Source of the DNA: Gammaproteobacteria bacterium
GTDB lineage: Bacteria > Pseudomonadota > Gammaproteobacteria > UBA9214
Length of the DNA stretch: 62,783 nucleotides
NCBI GenBank assembly: GCA_029860045.1
Contig: JAOUBY010000004.1
Span: 1-62,783, forward strand
Direction of reading: 5' to 3'
A program made the position numbers and the translations under genes. This document shows positions 27,509-36,939 of this stretch, one piece after another; within the stretch, counting starts at the first letter, position 1; every line of letters begins with the position of its first letter. The notes beneath the pieces were generated by a model. The model was not told the origin of the DNA, did not search any database, and saw only the letters and a program-made list of their open reading frames with translations.

Positions 27509-27733
27509 TCAATCCAGTGCCGGGCCCAGCATGAATTCCACGGTTTCGAATCCGTTGGCATCCAGTTCGGGCTCGATGTCTGACCACGTGTAGTCCGGAC
27601 TGTCTTCCTCGATAGCGGCAATCAGCCCGGTCACGTGGCGATAGGCCTCGTGTTCCTCGTAGTCATCGGGGACGCGCACCAGGCGGATCTCACGCGGGTC
27701 GCTGGCGGACAGGATCATCAGTTTGTCAGTCAT
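27509..27733 (-). CDS. Small acidic hypothetical protein (74 aa)
   Basis: Clean ORF between two convergent/tandem genes. No recognised domain. Confidence 0.45.
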   Translation of the reverse strand: MTDKLMILSASDPREIRLVRVPDDYEEHEAYRHVTGLIAAIEEDSPDYTWSDIEPELDANGFETVEFMLGPALD

Positions 27734-27769
27734 GGTGGTTACCGCCTTGTCGTGTTGTACAAACGCATT

Positions 27770-29059
27770 TCAGATGCGGTCTTCCATCGGTACGTAATTG
27801 GACAGCGGGTTGCCGGTATAGATCTGGCGTGGCCGGGAAATACGCATGGCCGGGTCGCTGTTCTGCTCGTGCCAGTGTGAGATCCAGCCGGGCAGGCGCC
27901 CGATGGCGAATAATACGGTGAACATATTGGTCGGGATACCGATGGCGCGCAGGATGATGCCGCTGTAGAAATCAACATTCGGGTACAGCTTGCGTTCCAG
28001 GAAGTAGTCGTCGCTCAGCGCAATCTCTTCCAGGTTGCGGGCAATCTCCAGCAGCGGATCATCGACACCGAGGCGGGCAAACAGCTTTTCACTGACCTCC
28101 CGCAGCATGGTCGCGCGCGGGTCAAAGTTCTTGTAGATACGGTGGCCAAACCCCATCAATTTCACGCCACTGGATTTGTCCTTGGCGGCATCAATGTATT
28201 CCCTTGCTGTCTGCTTGCCGCGGTGGATCGATTCCAGCATCTCAATGACCTTCACGTTGGCCCCGCCATGCAGTGGTCCCCACAGTGCGGATACGCCGGC
28301 TGCGCAGGACGCAAACAGATTGGCCTGGCTGGAGCCGACCATGCGCACTGTCGAGGTACTGCAATTCTGTTCGTGATCAGCATGCAGGATAAGCACCAGG
28401 TTGAGTGCGCTGCGTACTTCGGGTTCCGGCAGATAGGGGCCGTAAACTTCCGAGAACATCATGTGCAGGAAGTTGCTGACATAGGGAAGTTTCGGATCCG
28501 GGTAGATGTAGGGTAGCCCGCGGGAACGCCGGTAGGTGTAGGCGGCCAGGGTACGGATCTTGCTGATCAGTCGCGCTGCGGCTTTCTCGAACTGGTCGGC
28601 ACCGTCGAGTTCGAACAAATGCGGATGAAAGCAGGACAGTGTCGAGATCATCGCCGACAGGATGGCCATGGGTGGCGCCGAGCGCGGGAAGCCGGCAAAG
28701 TGGTGCTTCATATCCTCGTCGAGGTTGGCGTTTTCAGTGAGCTCCTTGCTGAAACTTTCGTACTCTGTGAGGTTCGGCAGGTGGCCGAAGATTAGCAGCC
28801 AGGCCACTTCGACAAAGTTCGGGTGTTCTGCAAATGCCTCCAGCGGTATGCCGCGGTAACGCAGGATGCCCTTGTCGCCATCGATATAAGTGATCTTGCT
28901 TTCGCAGCTGGCGGTGTTGCCGAATGCCGGGTCGAGCGCCGTGAGTCCGGTTTCACTGCGCAGGCGTGCAATATCGATGGCGCGCTCGCCTTCGGTGCCG
29001 GTGACGATCGGCAAGGTGTAGTTTTTTCCATCGACGGTCAGTTCGGCCTGATCTGACAT
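27770..29059 (-). CDS. gltA: Citrate synthase (type II)
   Basis: 429 aa with GPLHGGAN, MGFGHRVYK and DFYSG motifs. Confidence 0.95.
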   Translation of the reverse strand: MSDQAELTVDGKNYTLPIVTGTEGERAIDIARLRSETGLTALDPAFGNTASCESKITYIDGDKGILRYRGIPLEAFAEHPNFVEVAWLLIFGHLPNLTEYESFSKELTENANLDEDMKHHFAGFPRSAPPMAILSAMISTLSCFHPHLFELDGADQFEKAAARLISKIRTLAAYTYRRSRGLPYIYPDPKLPYVSNFLHMMFSEVYGPYLPEPEVRSALNLVLILHADHEQNCSTSTVRMVGSSQANLFASCAAGVSALWGPLHGGANVKVIEMLESIHRGKQTAREYIDAAKDKSSGVKLMGFGHRIYKNFDPRATMLREVSEKLFARLGVDDPLLEIARNLEEIALSDDYFLERKLYPNVDFYSGIILRAIGIPTNMFTVLFAIGRLPGWISHWHEQNSDPAMRISRPRQIYTGNPLSNYVPMEDRI

Positions 29060-29159
29060 AGCTGTCTCCGCTGGTCTGGTTTGTTTTGCAGGAAGTTGCC
29101 GGTTCGCCGATTCTGGCGGCAGGCTGTAGCCCTGTCCAGCATTATAGATAAATGCCGGC

Positions 29160-30107
29160 TTACGCCGCGCAGCCGACCCAGAAGCTCATGTCCTTGTCGA
29201 GGAACTCGTGCCACGACATGTAGTGCGAGCCGTCACAGGAGAAGGTCAGGCTGATCATGCCGTTGAAAATATTGATTGAGGCAGAACGCAGGTACAGTGT
29301 TTCATCGGCCGTGCGCAACTGGCGCATGCCGCGCAGGATACTGGCGATCCTGTCCTGCGGAATCAGTGCATCAACCGGGTAGCTGCTGCGCGGGTAGAGC
29401 ATGCAGATATCCGGATCGCTGAGCGCCTCGTGGTCGAGAATACGGTAACGGAACGGGTCGCTCATGAACCACAGGGTGGCGCGGCTGCTGGAAAAGTGGA
29501 TTACACCCTGGAACAGACCGCGTTCGGTCAGTAATTCTTCCAGGATGGCCATGGCGGGGTCCATGTTGAGGTCCATCAGGCTATCAACCCGGAATTGCTG
29601 GAACACGGTACCGCGAATTGCCGGGTCGCCCTTGATCTGGCGCCAGGTGTCCGATTCCTCGTAGTGCTCCGCCGTGACCGGCAGGTCACGCAAGTCGAAG
29701 TCGACTCCCAGGTAACCCAGGGTGCTGCCGTTGTCCTTGACTACCTGCAGTGCCGTCATGGACGGTCGGCTGGCGCGCAGACTGAGGTAGGCGTCAGACA
29801 GCAGGAAGTCACGAGACGGGACAGCTTCACGCATGTATGGGCGCTGTGAACGATCACGGCCGTAATGCTCCGGCAGCAGTCCGCCCGCGCTGATGTTGTC
29901 GCTTATCTGGATGCCAGCGGTATCCAGGGCATAAACGAACATGCCGTAGGGTATGCTGTTAAAGCCGTCGGTCAGCACGATATCGAGTTCATCACGCTTT
30001 CCCCACGCACTCGCGCACTGTTCCGCAAGCCGCTTCAGCGGCCTGTGCAAATCCAGTTCCAGCGCGGCGCGTTGCCGGTTGATGGCATCTTTCCAGGTAT
30101 CTTTCAT
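29160..30107 (-). CDS. Cytoplasmic PDC/Cache-like sensor-fold protein, no output domain recognised
   Basis: The N-terminal half has the Cache/PDC-like pattern (VYALDTAG..., GRDRSQRPYM, FLLSDAYLSLRASRPSMTALQVV...LGYLGVDFDLRDL). No TM helix. The C-terminal half is unassigned. Confidence 0.5.
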   Translation of the reverse strand: MKDTWKDAINRQRAALELDLHRPLKRLAEQCASAWGKRDELDIVLTDGFNSIPYGMFVYALDTAGIQISDNISAGGLLPEHYGRDRSQRPYMREAVPSRDFLLSDAYLSLRASRPSMTALQVVKDNGSTLGYLGVDFDLRDLPVTAEHYEESDTWRQIKGDPAIRGTVFQQFRVDSLMDLNMDPAMAILEELLTERGLFQGVIHFSSSRATLWFMSDPFRYRILDHEALSDPDICMLYPRSSYPVDALIPQDRIASILRGMRQLRTADETLYLRSASINIFNGMISLTFSCDGSHYMSWHEFLDKDMSFWVGCAA

Positions 30108-30193
30108 GTCTTCTCAGGTGCGGGTGCCAGGCAATATTATCAAGTCCTGTGGTGCCCGGGGTTAATTATTTGTTACACGGGCAGCCGGCAGGA

Positions 30194-30880
30194 TCAGGCT
30201 AGGGTGGTCGGCTCGATAGCGTCAAAATCGACTGCCTGCGGATGACTGGCCAATGCGTCGGGGGCTCCATCCCGGGTCAGCCATGTTGTATGCATGCCGG
30301 CTGCCTGTGCGGCATCAAGTTCGGCGCAAATGTCGGACAGAAACAGGATGTCTTGCGGCGGCCGACCAATGTCGGCTGCAATCGCGTGATAGGCCGCCGG
30401 TTCGCGCTTGCTGCCGATGCGTGTGTCATAGTAGCCGGAGAACAGCGGGGTGAGGTCGCCGGCGTCACTGTGGCCGAACAGCAATTGCTGGGCCTGTGTT
30501 GAACCGGAGGAAAAGATGTACAGGTGGATGCCGGCGGCATGCCAGGCGTGCAATTGCCTGGCGGCATCCGGGTAAACGTGCCCGGTAAAGTCGCCATTGT
30601 GGTAACCGGCTTTCCAGATCATGCCCTGCAGCGCCTTCAGCGGGGTGACTTTCTCATCCGCGTCGATCCAGCTAATGAGTTGCCTGATAATGCCTTCGAG
30701 ATCAAGGTCCGCGCCGGCTGCCAGACGCACGTCATTCAGGTGCGGGACCACGTGTACGTCCTCGGCGTTGCAGCGCACGAATTCCGCCAAGTGTTCACGC
30801 GCGTAGGGAAACAGCACGTCGTGTACAAAGCGGATCGACGAGGTGGTGCCCTCGATGTCGGTGAGAATGGCGCGGATCAT
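30194..30880 (-). CDS. mtnC: Enolase-phosphatase E1 (acireductone synthase)
   Basis: HAD motif ILTDIEGTTSSI and family-typical FVRCNAED...; 4-nt start/stop overlap with mtnD. Confidence 0.9.
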   Translation of the reverse strand: MIRAILTDIEGTTSSIRFVHDVLFPYAREHLAEFVRCNAEDVHVVPHLNDVRLAAGADLDLEGIIRQLISWIDADEKVTPLKALQGMIWKAGYHNGDFTGHVYPDAARQLHAWHAAGIHLYIFSSGSTQAQQLLFGHSDAGDLTPLFSGYYDTRIGSKREPAAYHAIAADIGRPPQDILFLSDICAELDAAQAAGMHTTWLTRDGAPDALASHPQAVDFDAIEPTTLA

Positions 30881-31437
30881 GCGAGGCTTGACGTGTAGCT
30901 GTCAAAATCCGGGAAGAGCGTGGCGATGTCCGAGCCGGTGAAATCGGCCTCCCAGCCGTTTGGCGCGGTGAAGAAACGGATGCACTTGAAGGCGGGGCTG
31001 CTGCCCATGTCGAACCAGTGCGGGGTATTGGCCGGTATGCTGATCAGGTCGCCACGACCACACAGGACCATGTAGACCCTGTCGTCGATGTGCAGGTAAA
31101 ACAGGCCGCTGCCTTCGACAAAGAAACGCACCTCGAAGTCAGCGTGGGTATGCTCCTTGAGAAATGTGCCACGCATTGCCGTGGCATAGGGATGGTCCGG
31201 GGTGATGCTGACGACATCGACTGACTGGAAGCCGTAATGGGCATTTAGGAGGTCGACCGACTCCCGGTACGCCGCGAGGACGGCCTCCGGACTGGCATCG
31301 CCGGGCAGTTCGTGTCCGGCCTGCCAGCGCTCAAGCCTGACACCGGCTTCCAGCAGACGGGCGGAGATGACTGAGAAATCGGTGAAGATCTCGCCCGTGC
31401 CATCAGCCTGTGCGGGGGCGATTGTCAGGGTGGTCAT
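30877..31437 (-). CDS. mtnD: Acireductone dioxygenase (ARD)
   Basis: Cupin motifs EHTHADFEVRFFVEG and PANTPHWF. 4-nt overlap with mtnB. Confidence 0.9.
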   Translation of the reverse strand: MTTLTIAPAQADGTGEIFTDFSVISARLLEAGVRLERWQAGHELPGDASPEAVLAAYRESVDLLNAHYGFQSVDVVSITPDHPYATAMRGTFLKEHTHADFEVRFFVEGSGLFYLHIDDRVYMVLCGRGDLISIPANTPHWFDMGSSPAFKCIRFFTAPNGWEADFTGSDIATLFPDFDSYTSSLA

Positions 31438-32066
31438 CCGGAGGTTGATTTAAGCTGTTGCAGTTCGCATTTAAACAGGAACTCCAGTGCCTCGGCGTGG
31501 CGCAATGCTTCCTTGATGCTGTTGCCCCAGGTATAGAAGCCGTGACTGCTGATCAGATAGCCAACCGTCGGGTCATGTTTATCCATCCAGGCATCGATTT
31601 CCCCGGCCAGGTGATCGACATCCTGGTCGTTGGGGAAGTTTGGGATGGTGATACGGCTTTCATGGGTAGTGATGCCCGGCAGCGCCTTGAGCAATTCATA
31701 GTCTTGCAGTACGCATTCGTCCGCGTTCAGCCTTGATAGCAGCGTTGCACTCACCGAGTGCGGGTGCAGCACGGCGTTGACCGCGGGGAAGTGGCGATAG
31801 ATCTGCAGGTGCAGTGCGGTCTCTGATGAGGGCCGGTTCGAATCTGCCGATTTGCCTTCGCTGTCGATCAATATCAGTTGGGATTCGTCCAGTCGCCCCT
31901 TGTGGGAACCGGAGATAGTGATCAGGATGCGGCCGTCACGCAGCCGGGCCGACAGGTTGCCGCTGGTTGCCGGCAGCATCCCGCAGGCATACAAATCGCG
32001 TCCGGCTTCACACAGTTGCGCGGCACGCTGCCGGAATTCCATATCTTCTCTGCGTTTGTCATGCAT
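31434..32066 (-). CDS. mtnB: Methylthioribulose-1-phosphate dehydratase
   Basis: Class II aldolase/adducin fold with ATSGNLSAR, PSSETALH and HPHS motifs. Confidence 0.9.
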   Translation of the reverse strand: MHDKRREDMEFRQRAAQLCEAGRDLYACGMLPATSGNLSARLRDGRILITISGSHKGRLDESQLILIDSEGKSADSNRPSSETALHLQIYRHFPAVNAVLHPHSVSATLLSRLNADECVLQDYELLKALPGITTHESRITIPNFPNDQDVDHLAGEIDAWMDKHDPTVGYLISSHGFYTWGNSIKEALRHAEALEFLFKCELQQLKSTSG

Positions 32067-32093
32067 GCTTGCGAATACTCCTTGTCATTCCTC

Positions 32094-32588
32094 TCAGCCG
32101 CAACATTTCTTGTATTTCTTGCCGCTGCCACACAGACACGGATCATTACGACCGACCTTGGGCATGTCACGGCGCACCTGGCCGGGGCTGACCATTTTGC
32201 CGTCGAAGAAATACCAGGTGCCATCCTTTTTGCGAAACTCGGCACGCTCATGGTGTACCAGTTTTTCACTCTGTCGCCGGTACGTGGCCTTGAATTCCAC
32301 TATGCCGGTATTTTTACTGGCCGGGTCGGTGGCGACCTCGATGATTTCCAGCTTGTCCCATTCCGATTCTTCCGCCCAGCGTGCCGCACCGGCCTCATCA
32401 TAATCATGCCGCTGGCCCGGATGCAGCGTCGATGCGAGATATGGCATGATTTGCAGTGCATAAGCACTGTAGCGCGAGCGCATCAGCGCTTCCGGCGTCG
32501 GCGCCTTGCTGGCACCACTGATGTAGGGTTCGCAGCACTCGGTGTAGGCCAGGCCGGAGCCGCAGGGGCAGTCGGTGATATCGTTCAT
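32094..32588 (-). CDS. ychJ: YchJ family protein (UPF0225, SEC-C motifs at both ends)
   Basis: N-terminal CPCGSG and C-terminal [17 protein letters not shown] motifs. Confidence 0.9.
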   Translation of the reverse strand: MNDITDCPCGSGLAYTECCEPYISGASKAPTPEALMRSRYSAYALQIMPYLASTLHPGQRHDYDEAGAARWAEESEWDKLEIIEVATDPASKNTGIVEFKATYRRQSEKLVHHERAEFRKKDGTWYFFDGKMVSPGQVRRDMPKVGRNDPCLCGSGKKYKKCCG

Positions 32589-32635
32589 ACCTGTTCCTTG
32601 TTGATGAAATGCTAATATAACAAATTTACTATCTC

Positions 32636-33283
32636 GTGGCGCAGGAGGATGGGGTGGAGCAGGCAGTACTTTATTATGCGCACGACCCGATGTGCAGTTG
32701 GTGCTGGGGGTTTTCCCCGGTGTTGCGCAATCTCACGGCAGGCTTGCCGGAACACGTGACCTTCAGGCGACTGCTCGGCGGACTGGCACAGGATACCGAG
32801 GCGCCAATGCCGGCCGAGATGCAGCAGCGCATCCAGGAGACCTGGCGCCGCATCCGGGAAACCATCCCCGCTGCTGAATTCAATTTCGATTTCTGGACAC
32901 ACTGCAAACCGAGGCGCTCCACCTGGGCATCCTGCCGTGCAGTGATTGCGGCGCGTTGCCAGGGCGCAGGGTACGACAAACGCATGACCACGGCCATTCA
33001 GCACGCCTACTACCTGCAGGCACGCAACCCGTCGGACAAAACCACCCTCATCGAGCTGGCCGGTGAACTGGAGCTGAATGTGGAGCTGTTTATCGAGGTG
33101 CTGGACAGTCCTGCGACGCAGCAGGAGCTGGAGCGGGAAATGCAGCAGTGCACGGCCCTGCGGGCAAGCAGTTTTCCTGCGCTGGTACTGCAGGATGGGG
33201 CGTCACAGTGGCACATCCCGATCGACTATCATGATGCCGGGTCGATGCTGACACTGCTCGATGAATTACTGGCGACGGTATAA
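32636..33283 (+). CDS. DsbA-family thioredoxin-fold protein
   Basis: [14 protein letters not shown] (CxxC active site in the DsbA-like/FrnE-like context). Confidence 0.8.
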   Translation: MAQEDGVEQAVLYYAHDPMCSWCWGFSPVLRNLTAGLPEHVTFRRLLGGLAQDTEAPMPAEMQQRIQETWRRIRETIPAAEFNFDFWTHCKPRRSTWASCRAVIAARCQGAGYDKRMTTAIQHAYYLQARNPSDKTTLIELAGELELNVELFIEVLDSPATQQELEREMQQCTALRASSFPALVLQDGASQWHIPIDYHDAGSMLTLLDELLATV

Positions 33284-33292
33284 GAGGAAGGC

Positions 33293-33547
33293 GTGATGGA
33301 GATACAGCATGAGATGGAGCGGCAGCGTTTCGTGTCTTATAGCAACGGTCAGGAATCGGTGCTGGAATACCGTTTACTGGCAGACCACGGCATCGACTTT
33401 ACCCGCACGTTTGTACCGGAACCGTTGCGTGGCCACGGGATTGCGGAGAAGCTGGTGCGCAGCGCGATAGCCTGGGCGCGAGAACAGGGATTTAACATGC
33501 AGGCCAGTTGCTGGTATGCAAAACGTTTCCTGCGCCATGTGCGCTAG
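33293..33547 (+). CDS. GNAT-like small acetyltransferase (YjdJ-type)
   Basis: 84 aa. The pattern TFVPEPLRGHGIAEKLV...A...G is typical of the Acetyltransf_CG family. Confidence 0.7.
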   Translation: MMEIQHEMERQRFVSYSNGQESVLEYRLLADHGIDFTRTFVPEPLRGHGIAEKLVRSAIAWAREQGFNMQASCWYAKRFLRHVR

Positions 33548-33551
33548 TGTC

Positions 33552-33737
33552 ATGCAACGACCAGCGTGGGTCAGGTGGATTGCCCGGGACAGCGGCGGCG
33601 TGTGGTGGGGTTACAGTGTTGAGCCGCTGCGCAATGACACCGGCTGGTACGAGAATGAACTGGGGCAATGTGTGCGTCTGGGGATGTCCTCACCTGATGG
33701 TTGGGAGTTGTCACTACAGGCGGTAAAGCCTCGCTGA
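33552..33737 (+). CDS. Possible Trp-rich small protein (61 aa)
   Basis: ATG lies 4 nt after the GNAT stop, with no clear SD. Composition is unusual (7 Trp). Confidence 0.3.
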   Translation: MQRPAWVRWIARDSGGVWWGYSVEPLRNDTGWYENELGQCVRLGMSSPDGWELSLQAVKPR

Positions 33738-33808
33738 CCACGACTGGCACGGGAACTACAGATTCTCATGGCCTCTGACGCCTGACCTCGGCCTGCAGGC
33801 TGGAATGG

Positions 33809-34804
33809 TCAGGGAGCGGCGCAGCGTACGGCCAGGCAATGTATCGCATCGTCGTCACGCGCAAGCCGCCTGATTTCGGACAGGGTGTCGCGGTAGGTAT
33901 CATCTTCAGGTGCTAATGATTGTGCGCACTGCGCAGCGTGTAGTGCCTGTTGTGGACAGGCAGTTTGCAGCAGCGCATACGCAAGATTGTTCCAGCCCTG
34001 TGCCTGGTCGGGTGCAATATTCGTCGCATGGCTGAACGCCGTTACGGCAGTCGTGTAGTCGGTGTCGTGGTAACGGTTGTTCCCGTAGGCTAGCCATGCC
34101 AGCGAGTCGTTCGGCCAGCGTTGCACGGATGCCTGCAAGGCAGCCTGTGCGGCGACAGTGTTGCCGCCTGATTCCAGATCGTGTGCTGCTTGCAGGTAAC
34201 GCGTTATCTGTGCACTGGCCGGCACTTCACCGGGTGGCAGGATCACCAGCGCCCAGTATCCGGCGCGCGCCCAGGTCTTTTCAAAGGTGGCCAGTGAACT
34301 GCGCCAGCGGGGCGTGGTACCAGAGCGCAGCACAAGCTCGCCTGACTCCAGGTCATAGCCGATTACTACCGCGAAATGCCATTTGGGTAACCAGCGCAGT
34401 CCGAGATTCTGGAATACCAGCACCGGGTGTCCTGCAGCGATCTCGCCAAGCAGATCGTGCAGTGAGGGTTGCAGCGGGTAGGCAAGCCTGCCGTGGCGCC
34501 TCGCGGTTGCGCTGATTTCTTCCGGCAGGCTGCCCTGCAAAGCCGGGATATAGACCGCGTCGATCAGTGATTCTGGTGTGACGGCGAGTCCCTGCGCGCC
34601 AAGTACGGTTGCCAATGCCGCAGGTCCACACTGGTAACGTGCTTGCGGGAAGAACGGTGTGGCTGCAAGCTCGGTGTGTAGTGGAAGATCACCGGAGGCT
34701 GTCGACAGTAGTGTGTGTGACTGGCGTGCCGTGGTACAGCCGGTGAGCATTGCAGCCAGTAACAGAACACCCGCCGCCAGGCGGGTGTTCAGCAGTGCCT
34801 GCAT
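33809..34804 (-). CDS. PA2778-family cysteine peptidase (C39-like) with C-terminal TPR repeats; lipoprotein signal
   Basis: Lipobox LTGC. The QCGPAALATVL papain-like/C39 Cys motif, HFAVVIGYD, then TPR-like repeats. Confidence 0.75.
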   Translation of the reverse strand: MQALLNTRLAAGVLLLAAMLTGCTTARQSHTLLSTASGDLPLHTELAATPFFPQARYQCGPAALATVLGAQGLAVTPESLIDAVYIPALQGSLPEEISATARRHGRLAYPLQPSLHDLLGEIAAGHPVLVFQNLGLRWLPKWHFAVVIGYDLESGELVLRSGTTPRWRSSLATFEKTWARAGYWALVILPPGEVPASAQITRYLQAAHDLESGGNTVAAQAALQASVQRWPNDSLAWLAYGNNRYHDTDYTTAVTAFSHATNIAPDQAQGWNNLAYALLQTACPQQALHAAQCAQSLAPEDDTYRDTLSEIRRLARDDDAIHCLAVRCAAP

Positions 34805-34811
34805 GCCGGTA

Positions 34812-35189
34812 TCAGTTGATTGGGTGAATGAACGGGAAGATATCGGTAGCGCCGATGACGTCTGTGATCACAAACACGATAAGCACAACCAGCAGTACAC
34901 CGAGGACATCACCGCCGGCATTCAGTTGTTCAATGCCCTGATTGATGCGCGCCAGTTCACTCTCGGACAGGTTTTCGGTGCGCTTTGCGACCCATTCCGG
35001 ATCGACACCCAATGCAAGCAGTTGCTGTTGCGCGACTTCCCGGCCCAGTATTTGCTGCAGGCTGTTATGTGTCTGTGCAGATTCCAGCAGGGTATCGGTG
35101 CCAATCATGGCGGCCTGCACGGTCATGACCGGTGTCAGGGTCAGCAGGAGGGACAGCAGCCAGGCGAGCGAGCGTTGCAGGGTAGACAT
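34812..35189 (-). CDS. PA2779-family protein (signal peptide + C-terminal TM anchor)
   Basis: Start at ATG 35189 (MSTLQRS...). Signal LLSLLLTLTPVMTVQA and a C-terminal helix VLGVLLVVLIVFVITDVIG. It sits immediately upstream of the PA2778-type peptidase, as in the named pair. Confidence 0.7.
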   Translation of the reverse strand: MSTLQRSLAWLLSLLLTLTPVMTVQAAMIGTDTLLESAQTHNSLQQILGREVAQQQLLALGVDPEWVAKRTENLSESELARINQGIEQLNAGGDVLGVLLVVLIVFVITDVIGATDIFPFIHPIN

Positions 35190-35449
35190 GGATAATTCTC
35201 CTTGGTTATTACAGCGTGCAGCAAGCTGAGGTTGTGTGGCGATGAAAGTCCGCTTCGATACTATCACTAAATCCGGTGATGTGAACTCCTGTACAGTCCA
35301 TCCGCCTGCCGGGGATCAGGGCCAGCAGGTGCGGATTTATACTCTTTTCGCTGCTTATCATTTAGTAATCAACCGAAGCGCTATAAAATATAGCCGGGAA
35401 GAAGGCCATGAGCCCATGGGAGACAAGGGCCTTAAGTCATCTGCACCGG

Positions 35450-35671
35450 TCAGCGCTGCAGTTCACCCTCACGGTAGTGAGCGTCCAGCCAGCAGCGTGG
35501 CAGGGCTTCGCCAGAGGGAAAGACCAGTTCTGCCTTGGTGAATTTCTCCGGGTCCTGGCGTTCTTCGCCGTGCTGGTAGCGTCCGACCACGTGCTGGCAG
35601 AACGGATCGAACAGATCGTTGAGCGAGAGGACTTCAACCAGGTCGTCTTTACTGCGGTCCTTGAGGAACAT
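35450..35671 (-). CDS. Small conserved hypothetical protein (73 aa)
   Basis: ATG at 35671 lies 4 nt after GGAGG. The pattern MFLKD...LVEVL...LFDPF...FPSGE.LPRCW.D is recalled from gammaproteobacterial homologues. Confidence 0.55.
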   Translation of the reverse strand: MFLKDRSKDDLVEVLSLNDLFDPFCQHVVGRYQHGEERQDPEKFTKAELVFPSGEALPRCWLDAHYREGELQR

Positions 35672-35751
35672 GTTGCCTCCAGTGGGTTCAGGTTTGCTGG
35701 GTGTCTTCAGTATAGTCATTTTCAGCGCGAGTCAATTGACCTGGGGCAGTA

Positions 35752-36123
35752 TTGCTGATGGTATTTGAAATTTCCGATGCAAGAGGTGATCCGCGCCGCC
35801 TGACCCAGGCGGTCACGCAGATCACCACGTTTCTGGACCTGTATCATGCGGAACTGGCGCGCATCCTGGGTGTGAAATGCACCGATATCGGGCAGCTTAC
35901 CTCCGGCCGGCATTGTCTGGAGCCGGGTACGCCTGCATGGCAGCAGGCCTGTCTGTTCGTGCGATTTTATCAGGTATTGTTCGCACGCATGGCGGGCAAC
36001 GGTGTTGCGATGCGACACTGGTTGCGGGTAAGCAGCCGGGAGCTGGACGGGATACCGCACTTGCTGATCGTTGATGAAGGCCGCCTGGCGGACATCGTGG
36101 CACACCTGGAGCGCATCGAGTGA
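35752..36123 (+). CDS. MbcA/ParS/Xre-type antitoxin-like protein (Xre-like HTH + DUF2384)
   Basis: An N-terminal HTH-like segment (ELARILGVKCTDIGQLTSGRH) and a C-terminal DUF2384-like W..........G.P..L......L pattern (RHWLRVSSRELDGIPHLLIVDEGRLADIVAHLERI). The start is TTG 35752 or ATG 35758. Confidence 0.6.
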   Translation: MLMVFEISDARGDPRRLTQAVTQITTFLDLYHAELARILGVKCTDIGQLTSGRHCLEPGTPAWQQACLFVRFYQVLFARMAGNGVAMRHWLRVSSRELDGIPHLLIVDEGRLADIVAHLERIE

Positions 36124-36211
36124 CGCGACGGAGCCGCGTTCGTCGTACGGCTTGGGGTATGATCCGTCCAGATCAGGCAAGCTATTGAACACATAACGGG
36201 CCGGGAGGCGG

Positions 36212-36913
36212 GTGTTGAAAACATACAGGCAGATAATCATCGTGTTGTTGCTGTACGGACTCTGGGGATGTTCGGCTATTCAACCAAAGCCAGTTGAGAT
36301 GCCGGCCGTTGAGGGCGGTCTGCCGGACGGGCAGGGCTGGTGGTCGGCACGCTTCCGGGTTGCCCGGCCGGAGGGCGAGGCGCCACGCTGGCATATCGGC
36401 ACACTGCTGGCCGGTGAGGTGATTGCGCCGGTATTCGATACCCATTACCGGGATATCATGATCTGGCGCGTGCACCGCCGTGCCGGCAACGACGATCACG
36501 GACATGTGTTCAGCTTTATTTTCTATGGCACGCCGGACGGGGCGCAGCGCGTCTACAAGGATATTGCCGACAACCCCGTGCTGGCGCGCCTGCGGCAGGA
36601 GCAAAAAATAAGCTGGGTCGGTTTTGATGATTTGCACACAATTACCAGGCCCGATATCGAGGATACCAGCGACAGCAACTGGTCGGTGCCGGTGCAGAAG
36701 ACCTGGCCGGCACTGATCATGGGTGCCAGCCGTATGTGGCTGGACCTGGTTGGTGAACTCGCCGCTGCTCACACCGACGAGCCTGACCTGGAGCGACGCT
36801 ACGAAATTGTGCAGCAGGAACTGAATGGTATCTGGGCTGGCCAGGGCCAGCACGCGATGCTGCATCACCTGAGTGCGATCTTTGCCTACGAACCGCTGCT
36901 GATTAAATACTGA
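36212..36913 (+). CDS. Lipoprotein of unknown function (233 aa)
   Basis: GTG start after GGGAGG. Lipobox LWGCS. No RES or other toxin motifs seen. Confidence 0.6.
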   Translation: MLKTYRQIIIVLLLYGLWGCSAIQPKPVEMPAVEGGLPDGQGWWSARFRVARPEGEAPRWHIGTLLAGEVIAPVFDTHYRDIMIWRVHRRAGNDDHGHVFSFIFYGTPDGAQRVYKDIADNPVLARLRQEQKISWVGFDDLHTITRPDIEDTSDSNWSVPVQKTWPALIMGASRMWLDLVGELAAAHTDEPDLERRYEIVQQELNGIWAGQGQHAMLHHLSAIFAYEPLLIKY

Positions 36914-36939
36914 GCCGTGCTGGCTTAGAGGCAGTTGTC

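Noticed and set aside
35722-36240. 172-aa minus-strand ORF covering the antitoxin-like gene
   Set aside because: The plus-strand product shows the HTH + DUF2384 pattern. The minus-strand ORF has no motifs and would overlap two plus-strand genes' signals.
36182-36868. 228-aa ORF antisense to the lipoprotein gene
   Set aside because: The sense-strand ORF has a GTG start with an SD and a lipobox. The antisense product has no start context or recognisable features.
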